Source: a virus
Length of the DNA: 64,000 nucleotides
Reading direction: 5' to 3' (one strand)
IMG/VR virus record: IMGVR_UViG_3300045988_117195
Coordinates: 31,385-95,384 of that record
Below the pieces are notes generated by a model that saw nothing but the letters and a program-made list of their open reading frames with translations, made no database searches and was not told the origin of the DNA. Positions 21,001 through 29,607 of this stretch are shown here, one piece after another. Position 1 is the stretch's first letter, and every line of letters begins with the position of its first letter. The position numbers and the translations under genes were made by a program.

Positions 21001-21452
21001 CCGGCACGTTCCTTATCATGCAGGCCGTATCTATGCTTCTTGCCGGATGGCGTGATGATGATGAAAACGAAGAAAGTTGGCTTACTCAATTTGGATCCTA
21101 TGTCGGATTCAGAACCATAAACGAAATAGCTTCACAGATGCCGTTTATTATGGAGCTTAACGTGGTAGATATCATTAACGATCCGTTCGTCATGGGACGG
21201 AAGCTGAAGGATCTTACCGATCTTAGGAATTATTCACTTGATAAAGTAACATCCGGTACATACAAGGGAGAGTCTAAGTTATTTAGGCAACTCGCCAAAC
21301 AGACGTTTATCAAACAATGGTATAATATCAAGACGCCGGAAGACGTAGCGCGCGCCTATAATTGGTGGCAGCAGACGAACAACAAGTCAATGATGTTCTT
21401 CATCGGCGCCACTCCTGATTCGGAAGGAGACGATGATGTTAGCTACAAATAG
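15030..21452 (+). CDS. giant 2140-aa protein, probable virion cargo/structural or tape-measure-like protein; C-terminal hydrophobic segments
   Basis: 6.4-kb ORF; coiled-coil-rich middle; hydrophobic stretches near C-terminus (LSPFVAATGALTG, FLIMQAVSMLLAGW); no DxDGD RNAP motif found. Confidence 0.65.
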   Translation: MVSTCIIKRDNKKKVVSVSTRSGDRSMLFDKIASIPLMENRERATTVFKTVFSNKFLKAFGDWRRNVPINKQAYNKVKSNIDLIPEAYRERVLDKASKMSNPILVSKSDAPYGIQESGFGFYSQDLGDNIMLVDAMVPSGISIPEGPGIDAGQYLQDAISSDFTPVSMVQDKGVDYMVIKDGLKIFSPEELPEADSNPVGVTYQTGEPRLFFMNDRNQLFEDYGEALRSGGNDIRIGFLSGIVQESTVDGVADITYKAGKYVLNNPKSFIPVMTASASTSLSTKGGIINYLIKKGLLSGSKIFDPETRSYYITGEGHTGQIRLFNSALSYTELRNHFGSDVSMNDQGMITINSLDNSKVTMRLATGGTERVSRGQIKNDLKSGRYNELDAKYDHFDALVVSFILEDNDLYADTKAKIVSDYSQEERNQRNSIVEILKTLGVSVVGMTDYIEKYQTKYGHEPSAKALADIANNVIAVGEDATLSDLVEETAHFLVEAYRDQNAVESVLQDVEGTEEWNQYAGQYYNTYGKVYEGSELDNAVRREILGKILAREMQTGTAQAPVEPTSFLGRVRQLLSGIVSWLKSALSTQRQDLNNVIKNIRDLAITDIDKGFDTSLLKDNDFTLYSLSSMNKNKFLESKIRSLRKTLRDLRQISSDRAVTTSMTLAQLKTIEDKINKVETEIDKNEMAAAMNSMISTAEAQVRYLSNVVNTILHGDTKDGKLHFNTNDRKNVDIINNQVLPIMNDLRGYIRNRSTEFDEREKQDYTNRINTVIADINGIQSDIKSVQDLDESTLLDKLMNELHVPADKVKRVKEFFDKVQHDVSWISRWFGILEHSSSPFNNALGAMIAKDNYNAMVNAQPAISDFLAYAKKHGFNKSEFEKLLQKVDGKTSNYLRSALDMAKYDRNKKLAQMRAFATAMNIEISEEEINDVVDNNRNYVFKREVVDKDGNTVTENAKFKPSSDRVNTDIFTIEQEKIYTEQMEKWDAENSELEFSESYATRMESIYKKAEEELGHPVSQTTKEYLNALSRQKRILRQPFIDSNGNFDEVAYYKSSNYEEEGLLRKQRKEAASEYIYVGTRRVEKTGDQLKMAKEIQAINEVWRKESNNATNAVSESFLQKLRTIQNESGGEAALKTLMLGGHLSFNDRFWNDVESEQSARTESNNKASYLKMAQDIISSTTSDRDATDVDSIVKDIEKNKAIIKEIIGNNRDVADIGEINEATFTSSERDAFRAASEAIEADYAILIDYAKMVGLEDIDKYLTKSSKAENEVNQSYLNALADSKEVEWKFVQRHTTAKKAKRIQALRDKLFKAADNRYLFTVSETNYLSEKLGISKELDGRDFRNAVNAKMASLFLNNTRESGIEEANAIVNEFARSQVFSYYKRMAPTGYAAMIDKIGRGEIDVAQMVKDVQNGTSTQDYGMDISYLSFDPARAWVAESEAENSGRNPDYVKDHGYGHRMPKKSLYRDESYLNDFGIKYDADGNEVATKNVEQWNMIQKLKEIKRQSLDLYKEQSPNLYAIPQISKQDIERIEGLGISLKSTVRNFVSDLCLDRVDDSLYGKTRQGEVYDPEDRVRSIPKYYIYELENQDDVSHDFGYSYSMLMMQSSLYNEKQKSIELAQGLEQMLLNKQFEGGKKAEATQAYQMFRDFFNDHYYGIRMNTKKLTVNIGGYTVDLTRIMMAVERFMSVMNLALSPFVAATGALTGHINLIMESAVGQYISKDSLKYASAEFSRLAPSCIAETGDIDRKSKLYVIGERMGIFNIRNRMYGAGYNRVARTLMRSPMYAFMEILNYPLDPQVMIATMDNVRYYKGRFYTFQDFKMEKERNKEQSTIKREWNALKDRTLWSMVDVVDGKVVVKPGSGVTVEEVETQMAITRNQVRSLSQICNGSLNEENRTAASRNWIARFMTAHRGWLVLAAQRLWKRRGFNFQTMQEEEGLSITLKNMIAKTFSLASESGMKNIIDAWNENKDNMNEVEKTNLKRLSVYAGTFLIMQAVSMLLAGWRDDDENEESWLTQFGSYVGFRTINEIASQMPFIMELNVVDIINDPFVMGRKLKDLTDLRNYSLDKVTSGTYKGESKLFRQLAKQTFIKQWYNIKTPEDVARAYNWWQQTNNKSMMFFIGATPDSEGDDDVSYK

Positions 21453-21588
21453 ACGAAGAATATCGGACTTGCATTGTTTTGGTATGATTCCAATATGCTA
21501 TATTAGCATCGTCAAAGAGTAGATTGTACGTTTTTTGTTCTTACTTGAAAGATTATGTAGGTTTAATTTTTTCTGAAATTGTTTTCTT

Positions 21589-21630
21589 ACCGGTTCTCAG
21601 TCAGGGATGATAGGGAACCGGTTTCTTTTA
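21589..21630 (+). terminator. rho-independent terminator ending plus-strand block
   Basis: accggttc...gaaccggt 8-bp stem then ttctttta. Confidence 0.55.
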
Positions 21631-21673
21631 TGTTGTACCAAACAATTGCGATATGAGTTTAAATAAAAAACAA

Positions 21674-21703
21674 TTATGGCACCAAGAACTATTGGTGCCA
21701 TAA
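21674..21703 (-). terminator. terminator for minus-strand block (11-bp stem tatggcaccaa/ttggtgccata)
   Basis: Perfect 11-bp inverted repeat; on minus strand followed by TTGTTTTTTATTT. Confidence 0.5.
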
Positions 21704-21820
21704 TTGTTAAAACCGTTTATTGTAACAAGAGTCCACTACCTTTACCCTCTTTTCTTCTTTCTTACTTCCCCATTAGTTGATTTCCTTTCAACTATTCTAA
21801 GAGGAATATGAAACAAGTTT

Positions 21821-22309
21821 CTAAGCATTAATTTCATGACCTTCCCTATTTGTGAAAACTAAACCAATACCTTCTATAATATATCCTACTACAGGAGCTT
21901 TGTCAAATTCCTCCTTCGTAGCCCAGGTAGCATTATCAGGCATCAGATCCTTGAATGCGTCCGAAACATCACCTTGACACCAGCAGTTATTTGATACAAC
22001 AATGCCTTTCCCTTCGATATTGATATACATTTTTCTTCCACCACATCCAAGGGTGTTCCATCCGCTCGGTACGTTTTCCACCATAGGCTTAAGCACCCAG
22101 CTTACACCGTCTATCCTAACCCATCCAGGATCGTCTTTGTGCTTGTCGTACAAGTTTTGCCAAAAAGAGCATTCGTAGCACCACCCCCTGTCTTCCATGA
22201 CAGTTCTTATCTCACACCTTTCAAATCCATTTGCATCCATCGTGTGCGGAGAATGAGGCTGGTGAGGGGTGCCACATTTCGGACATACGAGTTTTAAATT
22301 ATTTTTCAT
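21821..22309 (-). CDS. zinc-ribbon protein, function unknown
   Basis: N-terminal CPKCG...H..H and further Cys pairs; last gene of minus block. Confidence 0.5.
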   Translation of the reverse strand: MKNNLKLVCPKCGTPHQPHSPHTMDANGFERCEIRTVMEDRGWCYECSFWQNLYDKHKDDPGWVRIDGVSWVLKPMVENVPSGWNTLGCGGRKMYINIEGKGIVVSNNCWCQGDVSDAFKDLMPDNATWATKEEFDKAPVVGYIIEGIGLVFTNREGHEINA

Positions 22310-22411
22310 ATTATTTCACTTTTACGATCTTAACAGAATCTCCGATATTGTATTCCCCTTGGTATCCACTGAATCAATAAAAGACTCTTTATTTTTTTTT
22401 TCTGAAAAGAT

Positions 22412-22906
22412 TTAGGCATTTAACTCTGATTTATAAAACTTCATTGTTGTTTCTTTGGAGATATAAACTTCGCATCTATCAGCTGGGCCATAACCTACAC
22501 GCGCTTGTATCCAAGGCAACTCTCTATGTATTGCTGTTTCAAGCTGAAACTGATTCCATTCTGAAAGATTTTCCAAAACAGTACTCACTAAATCTTTCTG
22601 GTCTGTTGTTAATTTGGCAAACTCAGCGTCAACATCTATATCACCGGGAGCATAACTATAGGACAATTCTGAATATAAAATTGATTTGTCTTTTAAACTG
22701 TCGTACACTTTACGGCTAACTGGCCCATGAACCCACGCTTGAAATTTATCAGAAACCAATTCTGTACCAAAGTAAGCAAGATGGTATGCGTCACAATAAA
22801 ACAACAATTTTTGCAATTTTAAGTGAGACATAGAGCCATAATGCTTAACAATATATTCACATAAGACTAATGAGTCTATCTTTTGAAGTTTTCGGCTCGT
22901 TTCCAT
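22412..22906 (-). CDS. Panacea-domain (DUF4065, SocA/PanA antitoxin-like) protein
   Basis: HLKLQKLLFYCDAYHLAYFG...AWVHGPVSRKVY matches Panacea core (LKLQKLLYFaqgwhL...W.yGPV..VY); ORF track start at 23002 is TTG, first ATG at 22906. Confidence 0.7.
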   Translation of the reverse strand: METSRKLQKIDSLVLCEYIVKHYGSMSHLKLQKLLFYCDAYHLAYFGTELVSDKFQAWVHGPVSRKVYDSLKDKSILYSELSYSYAPGDIDVDAEFAKLTTDQKDLVSTVLENLSEWNQFQLETAIHRELPWIQARVGYGPADRCEVYISKETTMKFYKSELNA

Positions 22907-23143
22907 TTTTCTATTTTTTTGATGACAAAAATACCCTTTTGTTTTTCTAAAACAAAGAAAATCCTTTATTTGTTTGTTAAACGTGTTTACAAACACTTTC
23001 AATAATAATCGGTATATATCACACGTTCACCATTTAAAGGAGATAGATCATATATAACCCATCCGTCATTAACCTGATTATCATCATGCGAACATGATGA
23101 TAACACAAGTGCCATCAATAAAACAAAATACCTCATATTATTT

Positions 23144-23335
23144 TCAGCATAAAAATTTGTAACCTGGTTTTACAGCTTCCGCTTCTTCTCTCGTATCAAA
23201 CATTAAGGTAGTGACAGCTCCTATTCCTTCACAAACGTAAGACACTTCCACCCACCACCTAAAAATCCCAGAGCCGTAATCATCATAGTACGGCTCAGAA
23301 AGAACTTCTTTCACGTACCCATCCAAATAATTCAC
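23144..23335 (-). CDS. small acidic hypothetical protein
   Basis: 63-aa ORF. Confidence 0.35.
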   Translation of the reverse strand: MNYLDGYVKEVLSEPYYDDYGSGIFRWWVEVSYVCEGIGAVTTLMFDTREEAEAVKPGYKFLC

Positions 23336-24048
23336 GATCGTTCCTCCTTGTTTTTAGATTCTGCCTCTTCGAGTATGCTGATCACCTTGTCAACAATATC
23401 CGAATCAGACATTTTCTCAATAAAAACATCCATTGCCTTAGTTATGTCATTGGCTTCTTTTTCTTCAAGAGCTATTTCTCCACCGGTAATAGCATCAGAT
23501 AATGATGTAGATAAGTGTCTTATCTTATCAATGCTCATAAACGTAAATGGATTACCACCTTGACCTCCACCCATTTCTTTCATGATCTGATATCCACCTG
23601 AGATAAGTCTGCCTGATGTCGTAGCCAAGGAGGATACGATTAGGGACAGTACCGCCGCTTCCGTCCGCTCCTCGGACACGCCCTTCGACCACACGGCTGC
23701 CCTTATAGCGCCGGCCAGGTCGTCTATGTATGGCATGAGGCAATCTTCCATCGCTTGTGTTATATCAGCTATAACCCCACTACGCTCTTTATTTATGTAG
23801 TAGATAGAAGCATTGTACCTCTTTATCTCTTTGTCCATGTCATTTAAAAGACGCTTGATATTGTGCTTATACATAGGACTGGTTTTAATTACTTCCTTTA
23901 GCTTAAGAATGTAATTATAAGCCTGGTCGTTTACAAATAATGTCATGGTCTCAACCGTTGAATGAAGTGTGTTAAGACTGTTAAGAATCTTATCGAAATT
24001 GTTTATCAAATAAGCCTTCCTGGCTTTTGCTGCGTAGTTAATCATCAC
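23332..24048 (-). CDS. hypothetical protein
   Basis: ORF in minus block, start/stop overlap with neighbours. Confidence 0.5.
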   Translation of the reverse strand: MMINYAAKARKAYLINNFDKILNSLNTLHSTVETMTLFVNDQAYNYILKLKEVIKTSPMYKHNIKRLLNDMDKEIKRYNASIYYINKERSGVIADITQAMEDCLMPYIDDLAGAIRAAVWSKGVSEERTEAAVLSLIVSSLATTSGRLISGGYQIMKEMGGGQGGNPFTFMSIDKIRHLSTSLSDAITGGEIALEEKEANDITKAMDVFIEKMSDSDIVDKVISILEEAESKNKEERS

Positions 24049-24568
24049 ATTCGAATTTTAGATTTTCAAGTTCATTCAATTGTTTCTTAATTGACTCGAT
24101 CAGGTGCGTTCTCCGTTCCTCTGCATGTTTTAAAGCTTCTTCTTTGCTCTCAAAAGCATCCCTTCCTATTTCATAAGAAGTGATCCTATCAGGAATGTCG
24201 GCTAACAAAAGACCACCATACTCTTCTATTTTAGCTTTTACTTTTCTTATTATACCGTCTCTCATGCACGCATCTGTAATCCATATAAACCTATCACATT
24301 CTTCTAATTCCCTTTCGTACAATTCATACCATTCTGGTTTAGGAAATCTTAATGTAAATCTAATCTCGGTATCTTTTTCTAAGACATTAATATCATACGC
24401 CTCCGGCCACAGTTCTTTTATGCTGTCTTCATCTTCAGCATACGCTACCAATACAAATGAATTACTGGATTCTGCGCTACACCAATATGGATATTTTATA
24501 GGCCATTTGACTGGACGGTAATCATTGTCACAGTCATCCTTTCTAATGTAAAATCTTGCTCTAATCAT
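24038..24568 (-). CDS. hypothetical protein
   Basis: ORF in minus block. Confidence 0.5.
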   Translation of the reverse strand: MIRARFYIRKDDCDNDYRPVKWPIKYPYWCSAESSNSFVLVAYAEDEDSIKELWPEAYDINVLEKDTEIRFTLRFPKPEWYELYERELEECDRFIWITDACMRDGIIRKVKAKIEEYGGLLLADIPDRITSYEIGRDAFESKEEALKHAEERRTHLIESIKKQLNELENLKFECDD

Positions 24569-24569
24569 G

Positions 24570-24878
24570 TTATTCTACTTTTTTGATTTCGCTCAAATCG
24601 TCTTCATACACCAAATAAGATCCTCTTCCAGGTCTTCCTTCTTTATTAGTTTTCTGGATTGTAAATATAACTGTTCCAGTATTCGTGATTTGCACGCTCT
24701 TAAAGAAACCAACAATAGGCTCTTTCGAACGTTTGTAAAGAACACTCACTTTATCTCCCTTCTTTAACCCATAAACAGAATCGAAATATTCCTTTTTAAT
24801 TCTTTCAATATTACTTCTATGTTTGTTCATTGCATCAAACTCGTCGTCTAACAGTTGAATCATTTGTTCTTTTGTCAT
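24570..24878 (-). CDS. hypothetical protein
   Basis: ORF in minus block. Confidence 0.45.
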   Translation of the reverse strand: MTKEQMIQLLDDEFDAMNKHRSNIERIKKEYFDSVYGLKKGDKVSVLYKRSKEPIVGFFKSVQITNTGTVIFTIQKTNKEGRPGRGSYLVYEDDLSEIKKVE

Positions 24879-25441
24879 TTCTTTTCCTCCTTATTTAATG
24901 GTATTAACCCTTTTCCGTGCTTATCATACCACAGCATAGTTATAACATTCCATGCAGCCGCAGCTAAATGGTGCACGTTCGTCTCTTTATCCATTCTCTC
25001 TCCTTTCAGGTATGCCATTATATGTCTGGCAGCCGCCGCACGGTACCGTTCAAAGCCGTTGTCAAGATCCTGCCAAGTATTAGGACCATATTTCTTGGCT
25101 CCGGCATGATAGACTCTTACAATATCTTCAATCTCTTCCATCGGAAGCAAATCCCATCGTAGTTTGTCGTCAATGATGTCATTTTTCACTGATTTTATTG
25201 AAGTACTTTTTTCTGGATCTCCTATACGAATAAGTTCCATAATGTCTGTTTCTATAATAATTGCGTCTCCATTGTAATAAACTTCAGCAAACTTGTCATT
25301 TTCTTTTATGTTTGTTGCTGAAGTCACTAAAGATCCTTTGTATATTATAGTGTTTTTATTTATCTTATCATCTTTCAGTGTTTGAAAAATAGATCCTTTT
25401 GGATAAAGGATGTTTTTAGTATTATTGTCCATTTTTTCCAT
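24875..25441 (-). CDS. MazG-like dATP/dGTP pyrophosphohydrolase (dNTP PPase N-domain family)
   Basis: RWDLLPMEEIEDIVRVYHAGAKKYGPNTW...ERYRAAAARHIMAYLKGE..DKETNVHHLAAAAWNVITML matches phage dATP/dGTP diphosphohydrolase domain. Confidence 0.7.
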   Translation of the reverse strand: MEKMDNNTKNILYPKGSIFQTLKDDKINKNTIIYKGSLVTSATNIKENDKFAEVYYNGDAIIIETDIMELIRIGDPEKSTSIKSVKNDIIDDKLRWDLLPMEEIEDIVRVYHAGAKKYGPNTWQDLDNGFERYRAAAARHIMAYLKGERMDKETNVHHLAAAAWNVITMLWYDKHGKGLIPLNKEEKK

Positions 25442-25485
25442 CGTTTTATCGTTGTTTTAATCAATTAGTATAATGATATAGTCCA

Positions 25486-25833
25486 TTATTTTTCTTCTTC
25501 GCCTATAAAGCGATCAAATTCTTCTCCGCTCATAACAATGCGGTTAATGATAATTATGCCGTTATCGCTATAATCACCACTTTTAACTCCCATATCATCA
25601 AGCTCCTTCTTTAATTCTTCAAATGTGGGACCTGTCTTGCTTTTAAAAAATAAAGTAGCATGTACAACCTTTCCGTTGTTTAGTTTTACTCTCACGGTAT
25701 AGACATATCCTTTTTCCTCTTCATCCTTTTTGTTGACACCATCAAGGATGCTATTTATCATGTTCTTATCCTCACGTGATAGGTTAGATATGGCTATTCT
25801 GCCCTTTAACCTAAATATTTCGTTTTCGTTCAT
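25486..25833 (-). CDS. hypothetical protein
   Basis: ORF in minus block. Confidence 0.45.
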   Translation of the reverse strand: MNENEIFRLKGRIAISNLSREDKNMINSILDGVNKKDEEEKGYVYTVRVKLNNGKVVHATLFFKSKTGPTFEELKKELDDMGVKSGDYSDNGIIIINRIVMSGEEFDRFIGEEEK

Positions 25834-26117
25834 AACCTTCCATTTTTGTTGTTTTCAAAATATTGTCTTACAGCTTCTATAGCCTTATCATCATCAAAAG
25901 CCTCTTCAAACTCCGTATAGAACCTATCTCGTTCCATGCAGAACGTGTTCTTCCCTTCTGGTATAGGACGGAATACAACCACCCTCTCTTCAGCGTGATT
26001 GGTTCCTATTATTCTATTATCTAAGATAATAGAATATCTTCTTGAACTTTTGTTGATAACAACATCATGTTGAAGACCATACAATTTAAGTATTTCCCTT
26101 AATTCACTTGTTTCCAT
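25830..26117 (-). CDS. hypothetical protein
   Basis: ORF in minus block. Confidence 0.45.
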   Translation of the reverse strand: METSELREILKLYGLQHDVVINKSSRRYSIILDNRIIGTNHAEERVVVFRPIPEGKNTFCMERDRFYTEFEEAFDDDKAIEAVRQYFENNKNGRL

Positions 26118-26859
26118 TATTTGAAGATTTTATATTTTTAGAAGATACTGCTCCCGATCCCCACTTTTTCTTATATATAGTCCCCATCATGTTTATTAAA
26201 TCGGAAAAAGAAGATATGGTTCCCATTTCTATACAAAATGCAAGATTGGATTGAAGCATTTCAAGTTCTTTTAACTGCTCTTGAGTCGCTCTGTTTCTTA
26301 TCATGCTCTCATGTTCGTTAAAAACGATCCAATTGAGGCCTTTAGCCATTCTTGTATAATCTGCATCAGGAAATCTTGATATAGCCCTTGATAGGACATT
26401 ATATTTATCTCCCGCCTCTATCCTATTTAAAATAAGTTTGTCCGTCAACCATGTTACTACTTCAGCATACAGCATAGGGTTAAGCTCCATAGCTACAAGA
26501 ACCCATATATAAGGATTGCACATCGTTCTCCTATTCTCTCCTCTTCCCATAGTTTTATAAGCCCCCATCTTTTTCATCACTTTTATAAGTGATTCTTTTT
26601 CAACAGATTGGATAAAACCAGGAAATCCTGCTTCTATCGTATATCCTTGTTTTTCAAGGATATAGTATATTCGTTCAGCACTTTCTTTGTTGGACAGAAT
26701 GTTTTCTATTCTCTTTTCATTCCATCCCATTTCTATCCTTTTTCTCGTATAAGCCTCTTGTAGGTCTGTTAAGGACATAAATGATGTTTTGGTGTCTTGT
26801 TTAATTATAACACCAAACAGTTCCCGATCTTTCGATACCATTGTAACATTTGTTTTCAT
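26104..26859 (-). CDS. KilA-N-like DNA-binding domain protein (tentative)
   Basis: N-terminal FMSLTDLQEAYTRKRIEMGWNEKRIENIL pattern resembles KilA-N/APSES; ORF track start 26871 is GTG, ATG at 26859. Confidence 0.4.
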   Translation of the reverse strand: MKTNVTMVSKDRELFGVIIKQDTKTSFMSLTDLQEAYTRKRIEMGWNEKRIENILSNKESAERIYYILEKQGYTIEAGFPGFIQSVEKESLIKVMKKMGAYKTMGRGENRRTMCNPYIWVLVAMELNPMLYAEVVTWLTDKLILNRIEAGDKYNVLSRAISRFPDADYTRMAKGLNWIVFNEHESMIRNRATQEQLKELEMLQSNLAFCIEMGTISSFSDLINMMGTIYKKKWGSGAVSSKNIKSSNNGNK

Positions 26860-26962
26860 GAAATATAACACTAAAAAAAAATATCATGATGCAAATATAT
26901 GCATCATGATACATTAATAAAAGATTATAGTGTTAAATTTTACTTATAGTGTTTTTATGGAC

Positions 26963-27319
26963 TCACATTATTCCTTCCAAATTTACTTTAATAGAACCAT
27001 TTATAGTTTTAATGCTCCCATCTATGGTTGAAATCACATCATCTAAATCATTTATAATACTTTCTATGTCATCAACCACCTCCTCCATATCAGTTACAGC
27101 CTGATCTGATTCCCAATATCTTTCTGAGTCTTGTAACGATTCCGGTATATTATCTCTCGCCTCAGTCTCTTCATCTAAAATCATATCAACATCATCCTTG
27201 GCTGAATTTATGTTGTACTTCAACTCCGATAACTTTGATTTGATGTATTCAAAATCTGTTTTATACTTATTTACGTTTTTGACAACATCTGATATTTTTT
27301 TTCTTCTCTTGTTGTTCAT
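26963..27319 (-). CDS. acidic coiled-coil hypothetical protein
   Basis: ORF in minus block. Confidence 0.45.
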   Translation of the reverse strand: MNNKRRKKISDVVKNVNKYKTDFEYIKSKLSELKYNINSAKDDVDMILDEETEARDNIPESLQDSERYWESDQAVTDMEEVVDDIESIINDLDDVISTIDGSIKTINGSIKVNLEGIM

Positions 27320-28737
27320 GCCTTTATCCTATTATAATATTCGATAATCTTTTCTTTCCTATCTCCCGGTTTTACTGCCATATTCTCAGCTAAGAACCTA
27401 AAATACGACACTGGTATGTCCTTGAATCTAATTCCTTCATATTTTCCAAACCACATTATTATGCTGTCAAGATCGTCTTCTCTTCTACCATCTCCATTCA
27501 CAGATTTAAGCGAGGCTGCCCGACGAAGGATCTCGTCTTTGGTAATAATATCACCCATCCTTATATTGGACAGAAGTTGATTGCCGGCAAACATACACCA
27601 GCCCTTAGAAGGAAATTGTTCGATCGTCAAGTCTTCTATCCGACCAAAACGTCTCATGTTGTCGCAGCAATCAACTATCAGCGCCTCTTTCTTATCAGGA
27701 TGGATGCGGACGGCGCGGCCTAATATTTGGTAATACGTTGAATATGAGAAAGTTGGTCGACCAAACATCACACAATCAAGTTCAGGAAAATCAAATCCGG
27801 TAGCAAGCGTTGAATAATTAAAAACCACCTTCAACTTACCTTCTTTGAAATCTGATATGATTTGCTCTCTTTTCTTTTTGGTTGTTAGCGATGTTACGAC
27901 ACCTGTTATGGCTCCCATTTTGGCATTCATAAACTCTGATATTCTATTACATGATTCGATAGAATCCATACAAACCAAAATGGCTTTACGCTCGTTCATA
28001 AGCTGAAGAAGACGCTTGTAGATAGAGTTGTTTAAGCCATTTCGTACGATGCTTTCTTTAATAGATTCGTTGGTATATTCGGCTCCGGTACTGTTTAACA
28101 TCAGAGCCGATTCATCAAACGACCATCGTTCGTACTTAAGAGGGCACCAAAATCCCTGAGAAGTTAGCTCTTGTATTTGAGTCACATGAACTATCTTCTT
28201 AAAGAAATTATGCTCGTCTTTCGTCAGCATATTAAGTTTGCTGTAGTTTCCTTCCAGCATGGAGCTGTAGGTCCGGAGGCGGCAGGGCGTGGCGGTGAAG
28301 CCCAGCACCTTCGCCTCTGGGAACCTGTTCATAAACTCCATAAATTCAGAACCTTCTTCAGGAGAATACCCGCTATGCACCTCATCTATCAATAATGTGT
28401 CTATCCCTATATCTTTCAACCTTGCTACGTCTTTCTTTATGCTTTTAAGTGTAGCATAAGTCATAGCCGATAACTCTTTTTTTTTACATGAAGCAGAATA
28501 TATGGTAGGTTTAGAACCGAATGATACAGCCTTCGCATAATTCTGCTCCAGAATCTCTTTAGATGGCTGTAATACAAGGATAGGTCTTTTTAATTCATGA
28601 GCTATCTTGCTAATTATCAAAGACTTCCCCGCTGCACACGGCAAGACTTCTATGCCAGGCTTCTTAGATCTTCCTGTAAGGAACTTAAGCCCGGCATCTA
28701 CTGCCTCTTTTTGGTAAGGTCTAAGTTCAAAGCCCAT
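27316..28737 (-). CDS. SF2 DExH-box DNA helicase
   Basis: Walker A PCAAGKSLI, motif II LLIDEVH, motif III FTATP, motif VI QILGRAVR. Confidence 0.8.
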   Translation of the reverse strand: MGFELRPYQKEAVDAGLKFLTGRSKKPGIEVLPCAAGKSLIISKIAHELKRPILVLQPSKEILEQNYAKAVSFGSKPTIYSASCKKKELSAMTYATLKSIKKDVARLKDIGIDTLLIDEVHSGYSPEEGSEFMEFMNRFPEAKVLGFTATPCRLRTYSSMLEGNYSKLNMLTKDEHNFFKKIVHVTQIQELTSQGFWCPLKYERWSFDESALMLNSTGAEYTNESIKESIVRNGLNNSIYKRLLQLMNERKAILVCMDSIESCNRISEFMNAKMGAITGVVTSLTTKKKREQIISDFKEGKLKVVFNYSTLATGFDFPELDCVMFGRPTFSYSTYYQILGRAVRIHPDKKEALIVDCCDNMRRFGRIEDLTIEQFPSKGWCMFAGNQLLSNIRMGDIITKDEILRRAASLKSVNGDGRREDDLDSIIMWFGKYEGIRFKDIPVSYFRFLAENMAVKPGDRKEKIIEYYNRIKA

Positions 28738-29104
28738 CGCAATCTATTTTACTGTTTTTTGAAAGTTCTATTATCGCCTCTTTCAACATCTCCCTTGCTT
28801 TATCTTCGTTATCTTCAAGCAAGCATACACTGCACGATATGCCCATACGATCCCCATAAGCCTCGGCATTACCTAATGTGAATGCGCAGCAGTAATCATA
28901 ATCCATGTTTTTTGCTACGGCAATAAACTGATTATCTTCTATCAGTACAGCATATTCAGCATCAGTTTCACACATGATAATGGCTTTATCTTTTTTTATA
29001 GACAACACCTTGTTTCTGAAAAGTCCGTTATAAATCCATAGTTCTTTTCCTGTATTTTTATAAAACGCAGCTATATCTTCCTTGATTGTGACTTCTTTTT
29101 TCAT
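28727..29104 (-). CDS. hypothetical protein
   Basis: ORF in minus block. Confidence 0.45.
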   Translation of the reverse strand: MKKEVTIKEDIAAFYKNTGKELWIYNGLFRNKVLSIKKDKAIIMCETDAEYAVLIEDNQFIAVAKNMDYDYCCAFTLGNAEAYGDRMGISCSVCLLEDNEDKAREMLKEAIIELSKNSKIDCDGL

Positions 29105-29107
29105 GAC

Positions 29108-29437
29108 TTACTTGTGTTTAACATCAGTAATTAAAATGTGTTTTTTAACAATATCTTCAAGACTCACAGAAGAACGTATATATAGTTTTTCTTCGTACTC
29201 ATATAGAACGTACCCTTCTTTTATGTCTAATATCTTAATCACATGCTTGCCTCTTTCAAATGGATCCTCAAAGTAGTTCTTATGTTCGTATCTTTGACCT
29301 ACTTTGATTTTGTCAGTTTTCTTCTTCATCTTATAACGATCTACTGCTCTACCTGTTTTTATGAAAGCTGTCGTGAGCAAGTATAATAAAACTAAATACA
29401 AAAGGATCGCTACTCCACATATTAGATCTTCTTTCAT
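29108..29437 (-). CDS. hypothetical membrane-anchored protein
   Basis: N-terminal hydrophobic helix. Confidence 0.45.
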   Translation of the reverse strand: MKEDLICGVAILLYLVLLYLLTTAFIKTGRAVDRYKMKKKTDKIKVGQRYEHKNYFEDPFERGKHVIKILDIKEGYVLYEYEEKLYIRSSVSLEDIVKKHILITDVKHK

Positions 29438-29454
29438 TGGACCTCTTTTAAGTA

Positions 29455-29607
29455 GTTAAACCATATATCCTCCAGCTTCTCCTGAAGCTCAAATGCTTTC
29501 TTGAAATTCCCGCATCTTACAGCAACATCTCTCATGTATTCTACGTTTATAACTTCCGGATCTTGCCGGTATTTTGTTCTTAACTTTTGAACGTCCTCGT
29601 ATTTCAT
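29455..29607 (-). CDS. small hypothetical protein (50 aa), translationally coupled (ATGA) to nuclease gene
   Basis: Unlisted ORF MKYEDVQKLRTKYRQDPE... with ATGA stop-start overlap at 29604-29607. Confidence 0.3.

Noticed and set aside
15030-21452. Virion RNA polymerase (crAss-like DxDGD) identity for the 2140-aa protein
   Set aside because: I scanned for a DxDGD/DFDGD metal-binding motif and found none; the identity stays unknown.
22906-23002. Upstream extension (TTG start) of the Panacea gene
   Set aside because: Non-ATG start from the ORF track with no conserved-looking residues; first ATG at 22906 sits right before the domain.
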